A stretch of DNA of 64,000 nt from a virus, in IMG/VR virus record IMGVR_UViG_3300028859_000017, positions 16,323 to 80,322 of that record. One strand, given 5' to 3'. The notes under the pieces are model-generated. The model was not told the origin of the DNA, searched no databases, and saw nothing but the letters and a program-made list of their open reading frames with translations. The translations under genes were made by a program, and so were the position numbers. Below, piece by piece: positions 1 through 8,817 of this stretch; the first letter of the stretch is position 1, and every line of letters starts with the position of its first letter.

Positions 1-137
1 TTTATACTATCAGCATAATCGTAAGAATTTTTAGGAGCTCTGTTAATATTTTTATAATAAGGACTTTCATCTTGTAGTAGTGGATTAAATGAAGATATCT
101 CTGCTTCTTGTGAAGTGTTATTATGTCTTACAGTCAT
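1..137 (-). CDS. N-terminal part of a virion/tail protein running off the window edge
   Basis: ATG at 137 just after the stop of the 849-aa gene; open to the edge (MTVRHNNTSQEAEISSFNPLLQDESPYYKNINRAPKN...); D..Y...NR...N resembles the DNRPL motif of neighbouring genes. Confidence 0.6.
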   Translation of the reverse strand, partial: MTVRHNNTSQEAEISSFNPLLQDESPYYKNINRAPKNSYDYADSI

Positions 138-138
138 T

Positions 139-2688
139 TTATCTTATCCTTACAATAGAGGCAGTACTGTTTACACCACTACAAGAAGTAGTTCCTACTA
201 ATAAATAAATTTTGTCTAATGGATTTAAAAATACAGTTGTGGAGAAAGAAGTTCCTAAAGTAAACCAGGACCCACTAGCTGTAGCAGACTCATATCTAGA
301 ATCTAAAACATAAATCGTGTTAGAACTATCTACCTTAAGTATAACAGATTGTAAAATAAAGGTTTTATAACTTGTTGGATTAGATAGATTTAAATCTATG
401 TGAAAAACAGCACCTTCAGTTCCTGAATTTAGACCATTAAAGGTATATGAACCATCATTGTTATAGGTAAAGTAAGAAGTAGTAGAAGTGATAAAGCCAT
501 TATCATAATCTGATGTAGGATTAACTGCTGAAACCCAATTAGTGGGACTTTGTGAGGCTCCAAAAGTAGTATTAGAGTAAGACTGTGACCCATTTAAGTT
601 TACATTAGCTCTACTCCAAGAAGCACATATTGAAGGACCTAAAATATTTTCTACTAAGGTATCTAAATTATTGTCTAAATATCCTTTATTTAGAATACAG
701 TTGGCAGCATCTGAAGAGGTAAGAGTGATAGCAGGGTCCATGTAAAGTCTAAAAGTAGAGGTACTATTAGCATTAAAAAGTAAAGAGGCTGAATTACACA
801 CTATAGAAGCTTGACTAACAGGACTATCAGGGCTAGTTATAATTATAGGATTATCATTAGTAAAAGATACAGTATTATTAAAGGTATTAGTTCCAGTAAA
901 AGTTTGGTTGTTAGCTAAAATAGCTGGCCCAACTATTGTGTTAGTGCTTACATACCATTTAACCCAAGAAACGGTAGTTAAATCAGTAGTGTTACTAAAG
1001 GTAGAATCTTGAGTAGTTAATCCTCTAACTGTTTGTAAGCCACCAATTCCAGAACTTGTTAATGCCGAAAATTGAACTGGGTTAGCACTAGCAATATTAG
1101 TAACTGACATTGTATTAAATAGCATAACAGTAGAAGAATCTGAATTACTAGTGACATCAGTATATAAGCTTCCAGTTATAGGATTACTAGATGAATTTCC
1201 TGCTAATGGAATCATATTTGCTATACTACTTGTTAGAGCATTTACAGCAGAATCCACATATGCTTTATTAGTTATTTCTAAGGCGTTTGATGCTGTATTT
1301 TTATAATAAGCTCCTATAGAGGTATTAAGAACTATCATATCAGTATCAAAAGATATTATAGCATTGTTGGCAGAATTTTTATTTGATATAGATAATGTAG
1401 AACTGCCAACTAAAGTAGATACCACATTAGAAGTAGAAGCATCTAAATAATTTAAAGTAGTATCAGTATTTGTTATATATCCTATAAAAGCCCCTAAACC
1501 ATTACTCTTAAAAGTTCCAAAAGAAATACCATGAGAATAGGACATGGCAGTAGTAGTTAAAAAGGGAGATAAAGTAGCACCAGTTATAGAAGTAGCTGTC
1601 TGACCATAACTTGTAGATATAGCATCAAATTGGGCAAACAGACCTATAGTAGAAGTTGCAGCAGAACTATTAAAATAAAGAGAAGTACTTATATTCTGAG
1701 AAAGCTCACTTAAATTAGTTGATAAATTCTGAGAATGAAGCATATAATTTTGAGTGAACCCATATAAGGTTCTTATATTTACTCCAGCTGTTCCGAGCTT
1801 ATCATTACTTAATAAGTCAGCAGCTAGAGCAGGAGAAGCAAAATGTAATTCATCTAATAAACTTTCAACATTAGCAACAGCAAAAGTTCCATCTTGATTT
1901 GTAGTTAGTTGAGAGCTTGAAAAATATACTGGTACAGTTGATGAGAAAGAAGAGGCTGTAAGTGAAGCCACAGAAGAAGCATACCCAACCTGATTTACAT
2001 AAGCTATAAATGGATATGCTGAATTAGTAGTATTTACTAAAACACCAAAATCAGATACTGATGTTACACTATTATCTATATATTTAGTAAGTAATCCAGT
2101 AGTGCTATCATTTATATTTTTAGCAATAAATCTATTATCACTTAATACGCTAACCTGATTACCTCCAAAAGATATAGTATTGGAAGTCAGTATTTTTCCT
2201 ACAAATAAATTTTGATAATTATATCCAGAATAATATAAATCAAAATAAACTTCATCAACTAAAGCTCCTCCAGGTCCAACTTTTAGAGCATTACCGGTAG
2301 AGGTAGATAAAAAACTATTATATAAATTAGAAATTGTAATAGTAGAGGAAAAGGAAAGTGCCTTATAATTAGAATTTCCCAAGGCAGCCGTTATCAAATA
2401 TATAGGTACAGTAGCATAATCTATAACGGTAATAGCTTGAGAAATATCTATTGGATGAAGAAGTCCATTATACCCAACATAAGCACAGGTTAAAGGTAAA
2501 AAACCACCAACAGGTTCTGTCTCTGGGTCAGCTGATATTTCTTGATAAAAACCAGCAGAAGCTATGACACTATTTAATAAATCAACATTACTGGAAATAT
2601 TATACAAAGGTCTGTTGTCCGAATTATACTCGTATATATCGGAAGCATTATAATAATTTACAGTATTCAGAGTGACTTTACTTGACAT
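139..2688 (-). CDS. virion tail/fibre-associated structural protein, 849 aa
   Basis: Ser/Thr/Asn-rich; fibre-type motifs (TNKAYVD, NQTFTGTNTF, LNKGYLD); N-terminal DNRPL motif shared with 4650..5939; in tail module. Confidence 0.65.
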   Translation of the reverse strand: MSSKVTLNTVNYYNASDIYEYNSDNRPLYNISSNVDLLNSVIASAGFYQEISADPETEPVGGFLPLTCAYVGYNGLLHPIDISQAITVIDYATVPIYLITAALGNSNYKALSFSSTITISNLYNSFLSTSTGNALKVGPGGALVDEVYFDLYYSGYNYQNLFVGKILTSNTISFGGNQVSVLSDNRFIAKNINDSTTGLLTKYIDNSVTSVSDFGVLVNTTNSAYPFIAYVNQVGYASSVASLTASSFSSTVPVYFSSSQLTTNQDGTFAVANVESLLDELHFASPALAADLLSNDKLGTAGVNIRTLYGFTQNYMLHSQNLSTNLSELSQNISTSLYFNSSAATSTIGLFAQFDAISTSYGQTATSITGATLSPFLTTTAMSYSHGISFGTFKSNGLGAFIGYITNTDTTLNYLDASTSNVVSTLVGSSTLSISNKNSANNAIISFDTDMIVLNTSIGAYYKNTASNALEITNKAYVDSAVNALTSSIANMIPLAGNSSSNPITGSLYTDVTSNSDSSTVMLFNTMSVTNIASANPVQFSALTSSGIGGLQTVRGLTTQDSTFSNTTDLTTVSWVKWYVSTNTIVGPAILANNQTFTGTNTFNNTVSFTNDNPIIITSPDSPVSQASIVCNSASLLFNANSTSTFRLYMDPAITLTSSDAANCILNKGYLDNNLDTLVENILGPSICASWSRANVNLNGSQSYSNTTFGASQSPTNWVSAVNPTSDYDNGFITSTTSYFTYNNDGSYTFNGLNSGTEGAVFHIDLNLSNPTSYKTFILQSVILKVDSSNTIYVLDSRYESATASGSWFTLGTSFSTTVFLNPLDKIYLLVGTTSCSGVNSTASIVRIR

Positions 2689-2705
2689 TATATATTACCT
2701 TATAA

Positions 2706-3527
2706 TTAATTGACTTTTTCTATTGTAAAACCATTAGTCTTATAACCCAACTTAGCTGCTCTTGAAATATTAGTTATATTATACTGTTTAGAAATCTCAT
2801 TTAATCCAATAACATATTCTACAATTCCATCTGGGTGTATGATTTTCCACTGTTTCTTATTTAATTCTCCAACTAAATGTCTTGATTTTATTATGTTTTC
2901 CTTCTTTTGTTTTATTAAATATTCTCTGTTTTCAATAGCTTTTTGATTTAATTTAGTATCTTCAAATTTACAAGTCCATCCCCAATAAGTTTCAGAAGGA
3001 CTTTTTCCTGCAGCTAGTGAGTAAAGGGCATGTCTTATTACAACCTCATTTACTCTATTACTATTATTATCATATATCTCAAAATATCTTAAAACTTTTG
3101 TTCTAGTTACTACACCTTCTGGAGATGTCACTATATACCAATATTTAGAGTATGCTTCTGCTTTCTTTTTTTTATATTCTTCACTTCTTTTAATACCTGT
3201 ATTATTATATGCTGTTGGACTGATATTATATCCAATACTACTATCATAAGTTTTATAATAATCTAAATAATATTGTTCTCTAACTTCTAAATTAGAAGTT
3301 AATTCTAATATACCAAAAGTAAAAGAAGATTCTCCATCTATATTATAAGCACTTTGTAAATGTCTTGAATGATGCTTATTAGCTCTCAATAATCTTCTAT
3401 GTTTTCCAAAACGAAGTTTAAAATTATTAGCACTTCCAATATATTTTTTATTGTTTTTTATATTAGTTATTACATAAATACCAGAGTAAGTATTAACTTT
3501 CTTAGAACTCTCTGTTAAACTAATCAT
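2706..3527 (-). CDS. GIY-YIG homing endonuclease (Seg-like)
   Basis: SGIYVITNIKNNKKYIGSA...R...H, conserved E and GYN; NUMOD3-like GIKRSEEYKKK. Confidence 0.92.
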   Translation of the reverse strand: MISLTESSKKVNTYSGIYVITNIKNNKKYIGSANNFKLRFGKHRRLLRANKHHSRHLQSAYNIDGESSFTFGILELTSNLEVREQYYLDYYKTYDSSIGYNISPTAYNNTGIKRSEEYKKKKAEAYSKYWYIVTSPEGVVTRTKVLRYFEIYDNNSNRVNEVVIRHALYSLAAGKSPSETYWGWTCKFEDTKLNQKAIENREYLIKQKKENIIKSRHLVGELNKKQWKIIHPDGIVEYVIGLNEISKQYNITNISRAAKLGYKTNGFTIEKVN

Positions 3528-3542
3528 ATAGTTAATTCCTAT

Positions 3543-3575
3543 AAAAATAGCCTACTAAATATAGGCTATTTTTTT
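3543..3575. terminator. intrinsic terminator, possibly bidirectional
   Basis: AAAAATAGCCTA-N7-TAGGCTATTTTTTT. Confidence 0.8.
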
Positions 3576-3859
3576 GAAACATCATCAAATTGTTTTTTTC
3601 TATCTACTTCCAGCTGTTCTGCTCTTTGTTGTAAATAAACTAAATCAATAGGCAATATATATTCTGTATACAGATACTCCATTTTAAGAGAAAAACGCAA
3701 AAGAACTTGTATATCGTATAAATAATGATGACTATAAAAGTTAGTAAAAAAGTAATACTGTATAGCCTCAAAATTATCCACGGATTCCAAGGTTACTGGG
3801 TAGTCAGCTCCTATGTAATTATAGAAAAAAGATATCAGTAAATGGTATATCGTAATCAT
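3566..3859 (-). CDS. small baseplate-hub assembly protein (gp51-like position); start uncertain
   Basis: Directly follows and overlaps the gp26-like gene; helical, charged C-terminus; no well-placed start codon with SD. Confidence 0.5.
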   Translation of the reverse strand: MITIYHLLISFFYNYIGADYPVTLESVDNFEAIQYYFFTNFYSHHYLYDIQVLLRFSLKMEYLYTEYILPIDLVYLQQRAEQLEVDRKKQFDDVSKK

Positions 3860-4631
3860 TTACTTCATGGCAAAAAGGACACTCAGGATGTGCAGTTCCC
3901 ACAACTCCAAAATTACTAGTGCCCTCAAAAGCATTAGTAATTCGCTCAGCATCATTAGCAGAAAATATCTCTAGTAATTGGTCTTTAGGAACTTCTACTG
4001 GAAATCCAGTTACTGAAACTATATATGTCTTTAAGTATTCTAATAAAGGATATACTTTTCTACCAAAGCCTTCTTTAGCTGCTAACTCTGTTTGGATTCG
4101 CAGAGTACGCTCTATCTCCACTATATCCTTTCTAGTTAATCTCTTAACTTCAACTAAAATATGTAAATTATGCTCTTCTAAAAATCTAGGTAATTCAACA
4201 GTTTTAGTTTTCTCTATCATATCTGAGGCATAAGTTATAGAGGCCACTTCTGAAATATCATAATCAAATTTAAACTGTTTACGACATTTATTATTATCAC
4301 ACGATTTAAGAGAACTTACCTTAGAACCATTACTGTATAATCTAATCATATAAATTATATAGTTATAATCCTCCATAGATAAAAGCTGTAAATTTATAGG
4401 TTCTTGGATACAAGAAGTTAAAGTAGAATCAAATACCTTATTATCTAATCTTCCTGTAGCAGTTAAATTTTTTAATTCTTTAACTGTTAATCCTCTTACA
4501 TGTATGTTCTCAGGCACTGCTGGGTCAAAAAAACCAGAGGATGGTAGCCTTATTTCATGGTAAGGAGGTAGAAAAGCAGCTAATGAAAAAGAAGGTAGAA
4601 TAGCTTGTTGATGTTGTGTCATATTACTCAA
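3819..4631 (-). CDS. baseplate hub assembly protein (T4 gp26-like)
   Basis: IRLPSSG...VRGLTVKE, IRLYSNG, C-x4-C and C-terminal CPFC motifs typical of the gp26 family; likely start ATG 4622. Confidence 0.8.
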   Translation of the reverse strand: MSNMTQHQQAILPSFSLAAFLPPYHEIRLPSSGFFDPAVPENIHVRGLTVKELKNLTATGRLDNKVFDSTLTSCIQEPINLQLLSMEDYNYIIYMIRLYSNGSKVSSLKSCDNNKCRKQFKFDYDISEVASITYASDMIEKTKTVELPRFLEEHNLHILVEVKRLTRKDIVEIERTLRIQTELAAKEGFGRKVYPLLEYLKTYIVSVTGFPVEVPKDQLLEIFSANDAERITNAFEGTSNFGVVGTAHPECPFCHEVNDYDIPFTDIFFL

Positions 4632-4649
4632 CTATAAAATTACGGCATA

Positions 4650-5939
4650 TTAATAAATAGAAGGAGTTGTTATATTAGCTCTAAATATACTTGTATTTGC
4701 ATATAGATTATCGGCAGCTGTTCCAGATAAAATAGCTCTATATTGAGTTATTTGTCTTCCTAAACTATCGTAGACAAAAAAATCACAAACTATATTTCTA
4801 ATAGACTCACCACCTAGATTAGAATTTCCATTATATTTAGCATCATATACTGTAACGGTAGCAGTTACTTTACCATATAACGGATTAGTTAATGAAGTTA
4901 CTCTGGCATATTGATAGAACTTATTAATTTGAAAGCCTTTAAAAGTAGCTAAATTAGTAGAAAGAGTAAAGTCTAAACCACCATTAACTGCTTGCATTTC
5001 ATAATTCTCTAATCCAGAATTTGTTCCCAAAGTAAAAGTAGTTGGATATGATAAAGCTGACCATGAACTGGTAGTAAGTGAGGTCCCATTAGCATAAATT
5101 ACTGAATCTGTTCCATCATTATTTAAAAACTGTGAATAACTTTCTATAATTACCCAGTTAGGAGATAGGGTAGTATCATAAACTATACCACTTCCTATGG
5201 CATCATTAGTACTATCAACTAAAACTTGAGAAGTGGCTGGATTATAAGCTATTTTTAAAGGATTCATTTGAGAAGAAATACTACTTTGATATACTGTATT
5301 CTTTGTAAACTGTACTGGTGTAGCTCCAGCAGCCTGTAATAAAGCAAAGTTACGCTTCCTTGTTACTGCATAGTTATTAAGTGCATTTACTTCTGGTGTG
5401 GGGTCAACTGAGATGGCTTGATTTGTATTTTGTCCACCAACAGTAATATAATTATTTCTTACAACAGTGCCTAATACTAAACTAGAAGAGGAGTAGGTAG
5501 TAGATAAAACAATATTATTAGCAGAAGAAGATGGAGATATTAGTAAATACTGCCCTGGAGTAGTTCCATTAGGTAATATACCAGATAAGCCTAATACATC
5601 TAAATCAAGTAATCCAGCATTCCAAATAACTTTACTTAAACCAGCACCTGTGGAACCTATTACTAAACCTAAAATAGCTGGAGAATCTGAAGAGATTCCA
5701 GTAGAAGAGTCTGGATACTTAATTAAACCACTTGAGAGCAGTTCTACTCCACTACCTGGAGATAAGGCACTACCAGACACTGAAGCATGTTCACCATAGC
5801 CTATACCAGCTAACGAGCCAGCTACTGCCTCAATATTAGATTGTACTTGATATAAAGGTCTATTATCAGTAAGGTAATTATAGGTATCTGTAGGTGTGTA
5901 ATATAAAATATCTGATAATACTGGAGTAGGGGAATACAT
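4650..5939 (-). CDS. virion tail/baseplate structural protein, 429 aa
   Basis: Ser/Thr/Gly-rich; N-terminal YY..D.Y.Y..DNRPLY shared with 139..2688. Confidence 0.6.
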   Translation of the reverse strand: MYSPTPVLSDILYYTPTDTYNYLTDNRPLYQVQSNIEAVAGSLAGIGYGEHASVSGSALSPGSGVELLSSGLIKYPDSSTGISSDSPAILGLVIGSTGAGLSKVIWNAGLLDLDVLGLSGILPNGTTPGQYLLISPSSSANNIVLSTTYSSSSLVLGTVVRNNYITVGGQNTNQAISVDPTPEVNALNNYAVTRKRNFALLQAAGATPVQFTKNTVYQSSISSQMNPLKIAYNPATSQVLVDSTNDAIGSGIVYDTTLSPNWVIIESYSQFLNNDGTDSVIYANGTSLTTSSWSALSYPTTFTLGTNSGLENYEMQAVNGGLDFTLSTNLATFKGFQINKFYQYARVTSLTNPLYGKVTATVTVYDAKYNGNSNLGGESIRNIVCDFFVYDSLGRQITQYRAILSGTAADNLYANTSIFRANITTPSIY

Positions 5940-5965
5940 CTATTATCCTTAAAATAATTCTAAAC

Positions 5966-6460
5966 TTAATTGCCTATTATTGTTAAGGAACCAGTACCGG
6001 AAACATAAAAGCTTCTACTAGAATCCATTACCATATTTAAAGTAAATGCCTGTCCATCATTTGTTGTATCTGGAATTATAGGAATTTGATAAATTGTAGG
6101 AGGAGTTGTATTTGGTGAAATCCATCCAGAGAAAGATACTAAACAATTAGTTGATGTAGTCACAAATTGAAAATTAGTACAGAATTTGCCCAGAGTTATC
6201 AATGACCATGTACCGACTCCTGGAAGAGCTGTAGTTATGGCAACAGGAGCATTTGTATCAATAGTGGGACCAATAACCGTATAAGCACCCACTGGAACTA
6301 GACCGCCAGTATTAGAAAATCCAGAAGCATTTATCTGTGCCAAAGCTGCTTCAGAGACTGGCTGAATATCTCCTGGCTTTAATATTAAATTATTCCATTG
6401 AGAACTAGACTCTAACATTAGAGTTAACGTTGTTGAAGTATTTTGAATTAGATATTGCAT
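5966..6460 (-). CDS. probable virion structural protein, 164 aa
   Basis: AAGGA SD, late-type motif upstream, beta-rich composition, tail module. Confidence 0.55.
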   Translation of the reverse strand: MQYLIQNTSTTLTLMLESSSQWNNLILKPGDIQPVSEAALAQINASGFSNTGGLVPVGAYTVIGPTIDTNAPVAITTALPGVGTWSLITLGKFCTNFQFVTTSTNCLVSFSGWISPNTTPPTIYQIPIIPDTTNDGQAFTLNMVMDSSRSFYVSGTGSLTIIGN

Positions 6461-6497
6461 ATATTGTGTCCTTTATTTAATTAGCATAAGAGATTAG

Positions 6498-8783
6498 TTA
6501 ATTTCCTTTACCTACTTGAAAAAAGCTTGCTGTAGCTATGGGAGTCATTGCTGGTACAGCTTTCCTCATAGTATTCTCATTTCCTGAAATACTTGCGAAT
6601 TGCTTTCCTTGAAGGGTTTGTATTACTACATCTAATTTATCATTAGTTGTGCTAGTATTATCCGCAGTTTGCTGTTGAACATCTAAGGCCTGTTGAGCTG
6701 TATCTAACTTATTACGCTCCATCCCAGCTAAGCTAAATTGTCCTTCTTTGTTTATTATCAAATCAGTATCTTTAAATCCTGATAAATCTTCTTTTTCTTT
6801 CGCTATAGCTGCCAATTTATTTGACATAGCAATCACTTTAGTATTTTGATTAACAGCTAGTGTATTATTTCTATTAGCTATATCTAATGGACCAAAAGCA
6901 GCTGTAACATCCATTTTTAAAATGTTTCCAAGACCTCCAGTATTAGTAGCATAAGATTTATCTCCACCAAGTAAGGAAGGAGCAGTTGTTTTCCAGGCAT
7001 AGGTAATGGCATCTGCAATTATTTGGCCGCCAAGCATTAAAACTTTAAGTAATGGATGAATTAAAGCATCCCAAAAAATAACCTTTAAAACACCAAGAAA
7101 TCCATTTGCGTTGCTAAGCTTATTGAAAATATCTCCTACCCAACCCATGAACTTATTTATCCAAGGAATCAAATTAGTAAAGAAACTATCAGCACCACTA
7201 AATACCTTCTCGATAAAATTACCCAAGCCAGTTACCATTTTACTTATTGGAGAACCTGGATTAGATAATTGTATTAAATATCTCTGTAAAGTCTCTCCCA
7301 TGTGGTCTAATAACTTCTGAATACCTGAATTTCCTGACACTGCTCTTTGGAACATATTAAATAAGGTATTTCTAAATCTATCAAATACTGAGGTAAAAGT
7401 TGCAGTAACATTTTTCCATGAATCTTCTAATCCACCAGACTTCATATATTCTGCATCTTGCTTAGCTTGTTCTAATGCCTTTTTCTGAGCTCCGGTCATA
7501 GTGGCTAGTTTAATAGCCATATCCTTAGACATTCCAAAAGACTGTTCAGCAACCTGTCCCAATATATTTAAATTTCCTCCAAATTGCTTACTTAAAGTCT
7601 CTAATTTAGTTGAGATTTTTAACATGGCATCAGTTCTATTAAACTGATTATTTAGCATATCACTTATGTTAGCTCCACCAGATATAGCCAATATAGCTCT
7701 AAAACCAGATTCCTGAGAAGTTATTAAATTTCCAGCTTGTTCAAAACTTGAGTTAATAGTGCTAACTGATATATTTAGAGCCTGTGCTAATCCTGCTAAT
7801 CCTGCTAAATCTGCTGTTAAATGCTCTGTAAATTTCTCACCTTTGTTTGAGGCTATCAAAAGAGCTGTTCCTACAGAGTTTATAGCTTCTTTAAAAGCAT
7901 CAAAAGATATAGTCCCTATCTTACCTGACATTTCAGCAGACTTATTAAACTTAGTAAAAGAATTTCCAATATTCTGAAAAGAATTTACTGTGAGTCCTGA
8001 ACCTCTCATTATTCCTGAGAAGAATGAGGCCATAGAATCAGCAGACTCTCCAGTAACTGTACTGAGCTGTAGAGTAGCCTTAGTTAGACTAACATTAGTA
8101 GCAATAGCTGGATTTAATCCGTTCTTAATATATCCTCCAATAGAGGCTAAAGTATCACCCAAAGCAAATCCATACCCACTTAAAGATTTTAAATTATTAT
8201 TTATTTCATTATTAAACATTCTAATCCTACTACTAGCAATACCTCCCATCATCTTACTAAACTCATTTAATTCATCCTGCCACTCTATAGCTGCTCCAAT
8301 AACATTTTTAAGACCTTGTAAAACTAGTATCAATCCTTGAAATAGCAAGCCAAAACCAAACGTAACTAAAGCATTTACAGCTCCTGCCAAAACTCCTATA
8401 GAATCTGACATAAGATAAATTTTACCTACAGTACTTGCTAATCCTTTTCCTATAAAACCTAATGAATTATAAAATTCTTGGTTACTATCTCCCCCAGCCT
8501 TTGATACTGCACCCATCATTGACATTTGTTTAACAAATCTAACATTACTTGGAGTTAGATTATCCAACATTTTTCCTATGCCTGGAAGCTTACCAAAAAA
8601 AGTATTTTTCATGTCTGTGGTTTTACTAAAATCAGACATATATTTAGCTATAGGAGTTAAAGCCTTCTTAATTTGCTGTTCATTTGCTGGATCTATTTGT
8701 ATACCAACTCTAGCAAAGGCCTTCAAAAAAGAAGCTTCTTTTCCAGCCGAGCCTTCTGAATTTGGTGTTGGAGTATCTGCCAT
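6498..8783 (-). CDS. tail tape-measure-like protein
   Basis: 761 aa, helical and Ala/Gly/Met-rich with hydrophobic segments; next to baseplate hub gene. Confidence 0.7.
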   Translation of the reverse strand: MADTPTPNSEGSAGKEASFLKAFARVGIQIDPANEQQIKKALTPIAKYMSDFSKTTDMKNTFFGKLPGIGKMLDNLTPSNVRFVKQMSMMGAVSKAGGDSNQEFYNSLGFIGKGLASTVGKIYLMSDSIGVLAGAVNALVTFGFGLLFQGLILVLQGLKNVIGAAIEWQDELNEFSKMMGGIASSRIRMFNNEINNNLKSLSGYGFALGDTLASIGGYIKNGLNPAIATNVSLTKATLQLSTVTGESADSMASFFSGIMRGSGLTVNSFQNIGNSFTKFNKSAEMSGKIGTISFDAFKEAINSVGTALLIASNKGEKFTEHLTADLAGLAGLAQALNISVSTINSSFEQAGNLITSQESGFRAILAISGGANISDMLNNQFNRTDAMLKISTKLETLSKQFGGNLNILGQVAEQSFGMSKDMAIKLATMTGAQKKALEQAKQDAEYMKSGGLEDSWKNVTATFTSVFDRFRNTLFNMFQRAVSGNSGIQKLLDHMGETLQRYLIQLSNPGSPISKMVTGLGNFIEKVFSGADSFFTNLIPWINKFMGWVGDIFNKLSNANGFLGVLKVIFWDALIHPLLKVLMLGGQIIADAITYAWKTTAPSLLGGDKSYATNTGGLGNILKMDVTAAFGPLDIANRNNTLAVNQNTKVIAMSNKLAAIAKEKEDLSGFKDTDLIINKEGQFSLAGMERNKLDTAQQALDVQQQTADNTSTTNDKLDVVIQTLQGKQFASISGNENTMRKAVPAMTPIATASFFQVGKGN

Positions 8784-8817
8784 TAATCTACCTAATTTCT
8801 AAAACTTAATTCAAATA

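Noticed and set aside
4639-4646. GCCGTAAT upstream of the gp26-like gene as a sigma28 -10
   Set aside because: Lacks the CGATA core and has no -35 match at 15 nt
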